A stretch of 42,461 nucleotides of DNA from the IMG/VR virus record IMGVR_UViG_3300036798_000335, positions 1 through 42,461 of that record; one strand, written 5' to 3'. This stretch comes from a virus (Duplodnaviria > Caudoviricetes). Positions 34,383 to 42,461 of this stretch are shown one piece after another. Position 1 is the first letter of the stretch; each line of letters begins with the position of its first letter. The translations under genes were made by a program, and so were the position numbers. The notes beneath the pieces were generated by a model. That model worked only from the letters and a program-made list of their open reading frames with translations. It did not search any database and was not told the DNA's origin.

Positions 34383-35369
34383 ATGGCCCTGACCGTTCAG
34401 GCGTCCACCGACTTCGCTCAGAAGGCTTACGAGCTGATGGCGTTCTACGCCCTCCGCCCGGAGCTGTACTTCGACGCGGTGGCCGATGTGCGCCCCACCA
34501 ATCAATCCCAGCCCGGCTCGTCGGTGCAGTTCACCATCACCGCCGATCTCGTGGAGGCCATCACGCCCCTGAGCGAGACGGTCGACGTGACCCCGCAGGT
34601 GCTGTCCGACTCCACCGTGCTGGTCACCCTGCTCGAGTACGGCAACGCCGTCACCACCACCGCCCTGGCTCGAGGGACATCCTTCGTCGACCTCGACCCG
34701 GTGGTGGCCAACATCGTCGGCTTCAACGCCGGCAAGACCGTCGACACCCTGGCCCGCAACGTGCTGACGGCCGGCACCAACGTGGCCTACGCCGTCGGTG
34801 ACGGCTCCAATGTGGCCACCAGCCGGATCACCGTCGGGGTGAAGAACACTCTGGTGGCCGCCGATGTCCGGTCCGCTCGGGCCGCTCTGGTGCGCAACAA
34901 CGTGCCCAACATCGGTGGGTACTACATGGGCTTCATCCACCCGGATTCGGCCTTCGACCTGCGCGGCCAGACTGGCACCGCCACCTGGAACGAGCCCCAC
35001 GCCTACTCCGCTCCTGACCAGATCTGGTCCGGGGAGATCGGGTCGTTCAGCGGGGTCCGTTTCATCGAGACCCCTCGAGGCCAGATCTTTGCTGACGCTG
35101 GTGGTAGCCCGCCGGGTACCGCCTCCAATGTCGACGTCTACGCCACGCTGTTCATGGGCCGACAGGCTCTGGCCAAGGCCTACAGCTACGTGGACGGCAA
35201 CGGCGAGCGCCCCCTGGTGGTCCCCGGGCCCGTGACCGACGCCCTGCGCCGGTTCGTGCCCATCGGCTGGTACCAGCTGGTCGGCTACGGCCTGTTCCGT
35301 CAGCTCTCGGTCCTGCGGATCGAGGGCGCTTCTACGCTCGGCCTGAACACGGTCGCCGGCTCGCACTGA
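34383..35369 (+). CDS. Major capsid protein (N4-gp56 family-like)
   Basis: AYELMAFYALRPELYFD, LLEYGN, FIHPD..DLR, GEIG..SGVRFIETP, GRQALAKA and D.LRRF.PIGWY motifs. Confidence 0.88.
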   Translation: MALTVQASTDFAQKAYELMAFYALRPELYFDAVADVRPTNQSQPGSSVQFTITADLVEAITPLSETVDVTPQVLSDSTVLVTLLEYGNAVTTTALARGTSFVDLDPVVANIVGFNAGKTVDTLARNVLTAGTNVAYAVGDGSNVATSRITVGVKNTLVAADVRSARAALVRNNVPNIGGYYMGFIHPDSAFDLRGQTGTATWNEPHAYSAPDQIWSGEIGSFSGVRFIETPRGQIFADAGGSPPGTASNVDVYATLFMGRQALAKAYSYVDGNGERPLVVPGPVTDALRRFVPIGWYQLVGYGLFRQLSVLRIEGASTLGLNTVAGSH

Positions 35370-36055
35370 TGGCCAAGACCGCGTCGAAGGAAACCGAGGT
35401 CGCTGCCAGCGGGGTGAGTATCTCCCCGCTGGTGGCCTACCAGGCCGGGACGATCAGTCTCGACGGAGGCCCAGCCGACACCGACGTGCTCTTCAGCGTG
35501 GCCATGCCCGAGGGTGGGGCCAACGAGACGACGGTGCACACCGACGACGCCGGCCACGCCGAGATGGAGATCGTCCCCAACAGCCTGGGCACGCTCAGTG
35601 TGGCCGTGACCCAGACCACCATCAATGTGATCGGCAGTGCCGAGATGGCCGTGGTGGGCAGCGTGGCCCCGCCACCGTTGGCGCTCGAGGGGCTCGACCC
35701 GGGCAGCTACGAGTGCGGCCCGCCTGAGAACTTCACCCTGCTCATCAACGGGACCGGCTTCGACATCAACACCCGGGCCAGCTTCGGCATCTTCTCCCAA
35801 GAGGAGGCCGACGAGGGCCTGGGCGAGGTGGGAGCCCCCAAGTGGGAGCTGGGTACTCGCTTCGTGTCGAGTACCCAGCTGGCCCTGCCCATCAGCGCCG
35901 GTCAGTTCCCGGGCCCTGACCCGGATATCCCGGTGTCGGTGGGCCAACCCGACGGCGACGTGGCCGGCCCGGTCAGCTTCGCCTTCACGCCCCCGGCTCC
36001 GCCCGATCCCGTGGGGCCCCAGCCAGAAACACAACAGGAGGAAACGGATGGCTAA
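35369..36055 (+). CDS. Acidic Ig/IPT-like capsid decoration candidate
   Basis: Coupled to the MCP. LDP...FTLLINGTGF...TRFVSSTQL is an IPT/TIG pattern. Confidence 0.6.
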   Translation: MAKTASKETEVAASGVSISPLVAYQAGTISLDGGPADTDVLFSVAMPEGGANETTVHTDDAGHAEMEIVPNSLGTLSVAVTQTTINVIGSAEMAVVGSVAPPPLALEGLDPGSYECGPPENFTLLINGTGFDINTRASFGIFSQEEADEGLGEVGAPKWELGTRFVSSTQLALPISAGQFPGPDPDIPVSVGQPDGDVAGPVSFAFTPPAPPDPVGPQPETQQEETDG

Positions 36056-36251
36056 TCGAGGATGGACCTCTGGTGGTGGCGGCGGCGAGCAGGTCAGCTC
36101 GACCGCCCGGACCAGCGGCGACGGGACCGACTGCAGCGAGGCCGACGCCTTCCTGGCCGGATCGTCTCTGGCCGGCCACGGCGTCGATGACAACGACATG
36201 GGGGCGCGCTCCGATCTGTTCGAGCCGCCGGGGCAGCTGTCGAGTAGCTGA
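36048..36251 (+). CDS. Small acidic hypothetical protein
   Basis: AGGAGG RBS before ATG 36048; TGATG coupling. Confidence 0.55.
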   Translation: MANRGWTSGGGGGEQVSSTARTSGDGTDCSEADAFLAGSSLAGHGVDDNDMGARSDLFEPPGQLSSS

Positions 36252-36499
36252 TGGCTGACCTGTCGGCTGCGGCCCGCAAGAAGATCCCGGCGTCCAAGTT
36301 CGGCATCCCGGGCAAGGCCGGCACGGCTGCGGCCAAGGCGAAGTCGGGGAACTACCCGATGCCTGACCGCAGCCATGCGGCCAACGCCAAGGCCCGAGCC
36401 AGCCAGGCCGTCAAGGCCGGGCGCATGTCGTCGGGTACCCAGGCGAAGATCAACGCCAAGGCCAACAAAGTCCTGGGCAAGAAGAAAGCGACCAAGTGA
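36251..36499 (+). CDS. Small basic protein (YPMPDRSHAANAKARA family)
   Basis: Lys/Ala-rich motif common in phage head regions. Confidence 0.7.
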   Translation: MADLSAAARKKIPASKFGIPGKAGTAAAKAKSGNYPMPDRSHAANAKARASQAVKAGRMSSGTQAKINAKANKVLGKKKATK

Positions 36500-36769
36500 A
36501 TGCCCAAGATCAACGATCCCGACCATGACACCGATGGGGGCCGGCGCGCTTCGATGTGCGCCTGCCCGGCGCCCACCACGTTGGCCGACCAGCTGGCCGG
36601 GAACCTGGGGGTCAACATGCCCACCGGTCCCGACGGCGCCCCGGTGGACATCCCGGTGCACTACCCGATAGGGGGCAACGCCGGCATCGACAACGACAAC
36701 GACTCCGACGACTTCGGCTGGGGTCCCTACCAGCAGTCAGGAGCCATCACCTCGTCCTCGGGGCCCTGA
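36500..36769 (+). CDS. Small acidic hypothetical protein
   Basis: Abutting/overlapping operon member. Confidence 0.55.
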   Translation: MPKINDPDHDTDGGRRASMCACPAPTTLADQLAGNLGVNMPTGPDGAPVDIPVHYPIGGNAGIDNDNDSDDFGWGPYQQSGAITSSSGP

Positions 36770-37128
36770 TGCCCACGTTCACGCCCCCGGCCACCGAGAT
36801 CACCGGGACCATCCCGGCCTGGGCGGTGAAGAAGACCGATCCGAAGTATCGGCTCATGGCCTACTTCCAGCCCTACCCCCGGGGCGTGAACGTCTACAAG
36901 ATGGCCGACGGCACCTACATGCGCGACGACCTGCAGGTGATCTGGCCCGCTACGCCCGAGGTGCCCAACGATTGCATCGCCTCGAGCTGGGGCTTCAGCG
37001 GGGCTCCCATCATCGTGGGGATCGACAACCCGGTGGTGCTCGTTTACTACTCCGCTCACTCCTATCCAATCGATCAGGCCGAGGCTGACGCGCTCACCGC
37101 GGCCGGTTACGGGGCCTACATCACATGA
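36769..37128 (+). CDS. Hypothetical structural protein
   Basis: TGATG start; MPTFTPP...EADALTAAGYGAYI. Confidence 0.65.
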   Translation: MPTFTPPATEITGTIPAWAVKKTDPKYRLMAYFQPYPRGVNVYKMADGTYMRDDLQVIWPATPEVPNDCIASSWGFSGAPIIVGIDNPVVLVYYSAHSYPIDQAEADALTAAGYGAYIT

Positions 37129-37466
37129 GCGACCACGATCCCGAATGCGATTGCTACCGGTGCAAGCTGCGCTCGGTCCAGTTCGGACCGGTCATCACTC
37201 CGTCCCCGCAGACTCTGATGGAGAGACGCTGGGACAAGGATATGCCGGCCTACGCCCGGCTGCGCCGTGACGGCCTGCAGCCCCGCGGCATCGATGGCTC
37301 GGCCCGGCTCGAGGCCACCGCCAGCTCCCAGATGGAAATCGAGCTGGGCCACCTCATCGCCCCCGAGCACTACCAACAGGTGATCGAGACCAACGAGGCG
37401 GTGCAGCAGACGGGGTGGGAGCCCAAGGACTCGGTGGACGACATGAAGGACAAGTACCTGCGGTGA
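37125..37466 (+). CDS. Hypothetical protein (C.C..CK...WDKDMPAY..LR..GLQP)
   Basis: ATGA coupling; actinophage-like motif. Confidence 0.65.
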   Translation: MSDHDPECDCYRCKLRSVQFGPVITPSPQTLMERRWDKDMPAYARLRRDGLQPRGIDGSARLEATASSQMEIELGHLIAPEHYQQVIETNEAVQQTGWEPKDSVDDMKDKYLR

Positions 37467-37473
37467 GCGTGGA

Positions 37474-38391
37474 ATGGGGGCACCGATGACCACTCTGGAC
37501 TACCTGGTCAACGAGGTCACCAGCCGGGCCCTGTCGGGCATGCGGGAGGAGATCTCTCCTCTCGGCGCTGACATGGACACCAACACTGACATCGTCTCCC
37601 TGCCCCCCGGGATCCCCCGCCGGTCCATGGAGGCGGGAGCCACTCTGCAGATCGGCTACGAGCTGATGCGGATCAACTCCACCCCCACTCCCGATCAGCT
37701 CCAGGTGGCCCGAGCCATTCTCAACTCGGTCATCGCCCCTCATAGCGCAGGCGACGACGTCATCGTCAACCCTCGCTTCCCGGCCGTGGACGTGGTGTCG
37801 GCCATCAATCAGGACATCGACGACCTGTCGGCTCCCACCAACGGCCTGTTCAACATGAGGACCACCGTCTTCATCTACAACCCGGCCATCATCGGCTACG
37901 ACTTCGGCATCCCCGCCAGTGAGATCCTCGAGGCCTGGGAGGTGCGAGCCGCCGACTACGGAGCCCAACGCTCCTGGCCTTTGATCGTGCCCAGCCAATG
38001 GAAGCTGGACCGGGGCGCCGATCCCAACGTCTTCCCCTCCGGGGTGTCGATGAAGATCTACGGCGGGGCCTTCCCGGGTCGACCCATCCGGGTCCAGTAC
38101 AAGGCGCCCTACGACACCCCTCTGATCGACCCCACCGACGACGTGGAGTTGACCACCGGCCTGCAACCCCAGGCCCACGACATCCCGGTGCTGGGGGCCA
38201 CCTACCGGCTCATGCAGTTCCGAGAGCTGAAGCGGTCTTTCACCGAGGCCCAGGGCGAACCCCGCCGGGCCGCAGAGGTTCCGGTGGGCTCGAGTCTCAC
38301 GGCCATGAAGGGCATTCAGGCCCACCGCACCGACCGCATCGCGGCGGAACGGGAGCGGCTCAACAAGACCTGGGCTCGAGCCCGCCGCTAG
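37474..38391 (+). CDS. Probable head-tail adaptor (tail tubular protein A-like)
   Basis: Size, position and helix-beta-helix layout. Confidence 0.55.
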   Translation: MGAPMTTLDYLVNEVTSRALSGMREEISPLGADMDTNTDIVSLPPGIPRRSMEAGATLQIGYELMRINSTPTPDQLQVARAILNSVIAPHSAGDDVIVNPRFPAVDVVSAINQDIDDLSAPTNGLFNMRTTVFIYNPAIIGYDFGIPASEILEAWEVRAADYGAQRSWPLIVPSQWKLDRGADPNVFPSGVSMKIYGGAFPGRPIRVQYKAPYDTPLIDPTDDVELTTGLQPQAHDIPVLGATYRLMQFRELKRSFTEAQGEPRRAAEVPVGSSLTAMKGIQAHRTDRIAAERERLNKTWARARR

Positions 38392-40292
38392 TGCCCATCG
38401 ACCTTCGCGACGCGCCCTACTACGGGCACGGGCCCTCCGAGGTCGCCTACTTCGGAGGCAGCTCGAGCACCACCGAGCTGGTGCCGTGGGTCTACCACTG
38501 TTCCATCGACGGCCGGCCCTACATGGTCGACTTCAGCCAGCCCTTCTACCGCCAGTACCGCCGCCAGCTGGCCCAGGTGATCAGAACCCAGGCCGACACT
38601 TCGACCGACCCGGGCGAGCAGACCATGGACCCCAACTCCATGTGGCGCCGCTCCTTCGAGGACTGGGGGATGGGCTTCGACCAGCGCTACCTGGACCGCC
38701 ACGACAGCCAGTCCAACCGGTACTGGCAATCCAAGGGCGTCGACACCCTGACCACCAAGTGGCAGCTGTCCCTGCTGCCCGACGTCAAGCTGATCAAAGC
38801 CAGCACCAACGGCAATCTGAAGCTGCGGGAGGCCAACGGCTTCCTGTACCTGGTGGACGGGCAGACCGTCTCCTACACCCCCATCGCCAACCCGGGCGCG
38901 GCCTGGACCCCGGTGACCGGTCTGCCGGCGGTGACCATCAGCTCGATGGCCACCGACGGCTACAACGTCTGGTTCGCCTGCGGGGCCAGCGGCATCTACC
39001 ACCATGTGGCCGGCAGCGCCGCAGCCGCCGATCAGTACGTGACCGGGGCCATCGGCACGGCCGCCGTGGTCAGCTACATGAACGCCCGGCTGATGGTGGC
39101 CGACGGCCCTCACATCTACAACATCATCGCCGCCGACGCGGCTCTGCCCGCACCGCTGTTCACCGCCGGCAATCCGGCCTTCGTGTTCACCACCTTCGCT
39201 GAAGGCAACGACGCCATCTACGTGGCCGGCAACCAGGGCGACCGCAGCTACATCTACGGCATGACCGTCACCTCGGACGGCCTGACCCTGGGCGCTCCCA
39301 TCGTGCAGGGTCAGGTCGACCCGGGCGAAGTGATCTACGCCATGTACGGCTACTTCGGGTTCCTGATGGTGGGCACCAACTTCGGGGCCCGGATGTGCTC
39401 CACCGACGCCTCCGGGGCCGTCAGCCTGGGCACGCTCATCCCCACCCCCAATCCGGTGCGGACCTTCATCGGCTGGAACCGGTTCGTGTACTTCGACTGG
39501 ACTGCCTACGACTCGGTCTCCACCGGGATCGGCCGCATGGACATCCAAAACCACGTCATACCCGGCCTGCTGCCCGCCGTGGCCTCCGATCTCATGGCCC
39601 CCGGCGGTGCCACCGTCACCTCGGTGTGGGCCTTCTCGCCCAACTACGTGGCCTTCACCGTGGCCGGGGTGGGCGCCTACCTCAACGATACCGCCCACCT
39701 GGTGCCGTCGGGCTCAGTCCAATCGGGCTACATCCTCTACGACCTCACCGATCCCAAGACCGCGGCCCAGCTCGACGTGGGCGGTCCCATCCACGCCGGC
39801 AGCTACTCGGCGGCGGTCTCGACCGACGGCGGCAGCTTCGTCGTCATCGGCACCCACGTTGCCGGCCATCCCGAGCCGGTCACCTTCGGGGTGGGGCCGC
39901 GCACCGGGCAGAGCTTCGAGGTGCTCTTCACCTTGAACCGGGACGCCACCAATCCCAACACCGGTCCGGTGGTGACCCGCTGGACATTGCGCTCCTACCC
40001 GGCCCCCCACCGACCTCTGACCTGGCAGCTGCCCCTCATCCTCAACGAGGTGGTGGCCAACGTCACCGACGGCGAGGACAGCTTCGACCCCCTGGTGGAA
40101 CTGGTGACTCTCGAGTCCATCGCCAACCTGGGCGAGATGGTGTCCTTCCAGGAGGGCCCCTACAGCTACCAGGTCTTCCTCACCGACGTCAGCTTCTACC
40201 CCGACTACCCCACTCGGGACCACCACTTCTTCAACGGCATCGCCCTGGTCACCCTGCAGGGCTTACCTCCGAGTGGAGGCGCGACCACATGA
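38391..40292 (+). CDS. Probable tail nozzle (beta-propeller, tail tubular protein B-like)
   Basis: TAGTG coupling at 38391; beta-rich repeats; position after the adaptor. Confidence 0.55.
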   Translation: MPIDLRDAPYYGHGPSEVAYFGGSSSTTELVPWVYHCSIDGRPYMVDFSQPFYRQYRRQLAQVIRTQADTSTDPGEQTMDPNSMWRRSFEDWGMGFDQRYLDRHDSQSNRYWQSKGVDTLTTKWQLSLLPDVKLIKASTNGNLKLREANGFLYLVDGQTVSYTPIANPGAAWTPVTGLPAVTISSMATDGYNVWFACGASGIYHHVAGSAAAADQYVTGAIGTAAVVSYMNARLMVADGPHIYNIIAADAALPAPLFTAGNPAFVFTTFAEGNDAIYVAGNQGDRSYIYGMTVTSDGLTLGAPIVQGQVDPGEVIYAMYGYFGFLMVGTNFGARMCSTDASGAVSLGTLIPTPNPVRTFIGWNRFVYFDWTAYDSVSTGIGRMDIQNHVIPGLLPAVASDLMAPGGATVTSVWAFSPNYVAFTVAGVGAYLNDTAHLVPSGSVQSGYILYDLTDPKTAAQLDVGGPIHAGSYSAAVSTDGGSFVVIGTHVAGHPEPVTFGVGPRTGQSFEVLFTLNRDATNPNTGPVVTRWTLRSYPAPHRPLTWQLPLILNEVVANVTDGEDSFDPLVELVTLESIANLGEMVSFQEGPYSYQVFLTDVSFYPDYPTRDHHFFNGIALVTLQGLPPSGGATT

Positions 40293-41497
40293 CATTGCAG
40301 CGCATGGATCACTCCGGGGGCGCGGTACAGAGCGCTCTGTCCAGCGGCCTGACCCCCACCTCCTCGGCCATCACTCTGACGGTATTCGGGGGTTGGCCCA
40401 CGGGAGCGGTGGGCCCATTCATGATCGTGGTCGACCCCGGTACGACCAGCGAGGAAAAGATCCTGTGCGCCACCCAGGCCTCAGGCAACATCGCGGTGGC
40501 GTCAGGCGGTCGGGGCCAAGACACCACGGTGGCCACCTCCCACAACGCCGGAGCCATCGTCGAGCACTGCCTGGGCGCCATCGAGGTCGACGACGACAAC
40601 GCCCACATCTACGACACCACCCGTGACGACCCCTCTCACGTCAAGTACGCCCGGACCGACGGCAGCCGCCACTTCACCGGAACGGTCACCCTTGATTCCG
40701 GTCTCATCGTCACCGGCTCAACCAATCTCAACGGCGGGGCCAGTGTGGGCGGGAATCTGACCACCAGCGGGATCTCCACCGCCCAGGCTTTCAATCCCAC
40801 CGGTTTGGTGGGAGCGGCCAACTCCAGCCGCTACGTGGGCGCTACGGCCGGTGGAGCCCCGACGGCGGGCCCGTTCGCGGTGGGGGACTTCGTCATCGAC
40901 CGACTGGGTCTGATCTGGATCTGTACCACCGCCGGCACACCGGGTACCTGGGCTCCGGTCGGTAGCGGGGCTGGGGCCCTCCCGCCTCCGGTCACCTCTG
41001 GGACCACGATTCAGAGTTTCACCGACGCGTCGGGCGAGGTGTGGGTGGCCAAGAACGGCGTCAACGGGGGAGCGTGGAAGAAGGCCCGGGATGTGCTGCA
41101 CGCTCGCTGGGCTCGTGCAGCCGCCATGACCCTCACCCCTACTGGTCAAACCGTTGTATGGGATACCGTCAACCGCGATCCTTACGGGCTCTACTCGGGC
41201 GGCGGGAACTTTACGGCACCGGTTGCCGGGGTCTATCAGATGACCAGCCAGATTGCAGCAGGTACGAACGCCATCAATGCGTACGTTCAGGTGACGCTTG
41301 CCTTGTCAGGCGTCAGCACCACTCAGATGACGGTCTATGCACCGGGGACGTCCGCCACATCGGTTCGGAGCGAGGACCGCTATTACTTTAACGCTGGCGA
41401 CACCTTCAGGGCCAGTGCTGCCACTTCCGCAAGTTACAGCCTGGTGGCGGCCGGGTACGCCACGTATGCGCTGTTCGACTATCTCGGTACCGGATAA
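40289..41497 (+). CDS. Tail fibre/receptor-binding protein with C1q-like tip
   Basis: ATGA start at 40289; GDFVID..WIC..AGTPGTW module; C-terminal VVWDT..NFTAPVAGVY. Confidence 0.75.
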   Translation: MTLQRMDHSGGAVQSALSSGLTPTSSAITLTVFGGWPTGAVGPFMIVVDPGTTSEEKILCATQASGNIAVASGGRGQDTTVATSHNAGAIVEHCLGAIEVDDDNAHIYDTTRDDPSHVKYARTDGSRHFTGTVTLDSGLIVTGSTNLNGGASVGGNLTTSGISTAQAFNPTGLVGAANSSRYVGATAGGAPTAGPFAVGDFVIDRLGLIWICTTAGTPGTWAPVGSGAGALPPPVTSGTTIQSFTDASGEVWVAKNGVNGGAWKKARDVLHARWARAAAMTLTPTGQTVVWDTVNRDPYGLYSGGGNFTAPVAGVYQMTSQIAAGTNAINAYVQVTLALSGVSTTQMTVYAPGTSATSVRSEDRYYFNAGDTFRASAATSASYSLVAAGYATYALFDYLGTG

Positions 41498-41508
41498 GGG
41501 AGACCACA

Positions 41509-41850
41509 ATGAGCTACCAATCCCAGGCCCAGCTCGAAGCCGACTACTGGTTCCAGCAGCGCAACCGGTCGGTGTGCATCCAGCAGGCCGACATTTACAA
41601 GGACGATGCCCGCCCCGACTTCGTGGCCCTGGCGAATGCGGTCATGCGCGACGACGCCGGGCCGGGCGCGACGTTCAATCGGTTGGCTGCGGGCGGGCCG
41701 GGCGTGGCAGACAAGGCCGACATCGGCAATGGTGAGATCGACTCGGCTTTGGTCACTGACGGCGACCTCCTATCGCTAACCCAGGCCAACTGGCCGGTGG
41801 TGGCCGGCCTGTACTTCGACTCGACCGGCGCCCCCATCCCAGGAGCCTGA
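41509..41850 (+). CDS. Hypothetical protein (possible fibre chaperone)
   Basis: GGGAG RBS; follows the fibre gene. Confidence 0.55.
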   Translation: MSYQSQAQLEADYWFQQRNRSVCIQQADIYKDDARPDFVALANAVMRDDAGPGATFNRLAAGGPGVADKADIGNGEIDSALVTDGDLLSLTQANWPVVAGLYFDSTGAPIPGA

Positions 41851-41852
41851 CC

Positions 41853-41945
41853 GTGTGGAAGCAATCCGAGATCGTCATCCTGCTGATCGAGGTGGGGATC
41901 ATCTCCGTCTACGCCCTGATCGCCATCATCGCCCGCCGACCCTGA
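41853..41945 (+). CDS. 30-aa single-TM protein (not in the ORF track)
   Basis: AGGAG RBS, then GTG-WKQSEIVILLIEVGIISVYALIAIIARRP. Confidence 0.5.
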   Translation: MWKQSEIVILLIEVGIISVYALIAIIARRP

Positions 41946-41954
41946 AGGAGCATC

Positions 41955-42194
41955 GTGACCCCCACCGAACCCGGGCCCGAGCCCGACGACGACGACACGG
42001 GCGAGTGGCCCGCACCGCAGCCCGATCCCGAAGAAGAGCCGAACGAAACCACCGAAGGTCTGCTGCCCACCCTGGAGCGCATCCAGACCATGGACCGGGA
42101 GGATCTGATTGATCTGCGGGACCGGGTGGTGTACTGGACCGGCCCGTTCGTCCTGCGCTTCCGCCAGCGGGTAGCGGAGCGATTGGCGTCGTAA
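41955..42194 (+). CDS. Hypothetical acidic protein
   Basis: AAGGAG RBS; TAATG coupling to the lysin. Confidence 0.55.
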   Translation: MTPTEPGPEPDDDDTGEWPAPQPDPEEEPNETTEGLLPTLERIQTMDREDLIDLRDRVVYWTGPFVLRFRQRVAERLAS

Positions 42195-42461
42195 TGGCGC
42201 TGACCCGGGTCAGCATCCCGTCACCGAACTACTCGTCGCGGGGTGGCACGGCGGTGAGGCTGATCGTCTGCCATACCGCCCAGGGGGCGACCAGCTACCA
42301 GTCGTTGGGCTCCTACTTCCAAAGCCCGGCGGCGGGGGTCTCCAGCCACACCGGCATCGACGACACCCCGGGGGTGGTGGGCGAGTACGTGCCCCGCTCG
42401 GGGTCCGCCTGGACCCAGGGCAACGCCAATCCCTACAGCGTGGCCGCCGAGCTGTGCGCTT
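42194..42461 (+). CDS. Endolysin N-terminal part (N-acetylmuramoyl-L-alanine amidase); continues at position 1
   Basis: MALTRVSIPSPNYSSRGG..VRLIVCHTAQG...VSSHTGID...AWTQGNAN amidase_2 motifs. Confidence 0.85.
   Translation, partial: MALTRVSIPSPNYSSRGGTAVRLIVCHTAQGATSYQSLGSYFQSPAAGVSSHTGIDDTPGVVGEYVPRSGSAWTQGNANPYSVAAELCA
42435..42459 (+). repeat. Terminal direct repeat, right copy
   Basis: Identical to 1-25. Confidence 0.92.

Noticed and set aside
21057-36661. Long minus-strand ORFs (e.g. 21057..22565, 25574..27997, 28408..30744, 34074..35366)
   Set aside because: These are antisense shadows of high-GC3 structural genes with no motifs or RBS.
40289-41497. Diversity-generating retroelement target in the fibre
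   Set aside because: No reverse transcriptase and no template/variable repeat pair seen.

Overview
This appears to be a complete, circularly permuted genome of about 42.4 kb from a high-GC temperate phage. Positions 1-25 are repeated exactly at 42435-42459, and the endolysin ORF reads across the join. The host is probably an actinobacterium, and the lysin's GYW..SDGGVFAFG repeats point to Acidimicrobiia. The virion module (18221-42461 and 1-1826, + strand) is podovirus-like. It has an HTH-fused large terminase, a probable portal, four large internal/ejection-type proteins, a scaffold, an N4-gp56-type major capsid, adaptor/nozzle-like tail genes, a C1q-tipped fibre, an amidase and a collagen-like fibre; no tape measure is evident. 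The minus strand carries a replication/recombination operon (Xis, resolvase, PD-(D/E)XK exonuclease, SSB-like protein, primase-helicase) and an early/anti-defence operon with an ArdC-like gene. A tyrosine integrase is followed by a candidate attP resembling a tRNA 3' end. The most notable signal is a candidate RNA regulatory system. A ~97-nt three-way-junction RNA in the xis-replication operon (8186-8282, minus) has a loop complementary to a conserved RBS/start motif (AAGGAGAATCACCAC) found at five early genes and the integrase. Four of those genes are each preceded by a conserved, covarying, switchable hairpin. A second multi-domain structured RNA lies at 12930-13148, and a family of small ORFs is bounded by shared end motifs. 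All protein calls come from motif recognition, not database searches.
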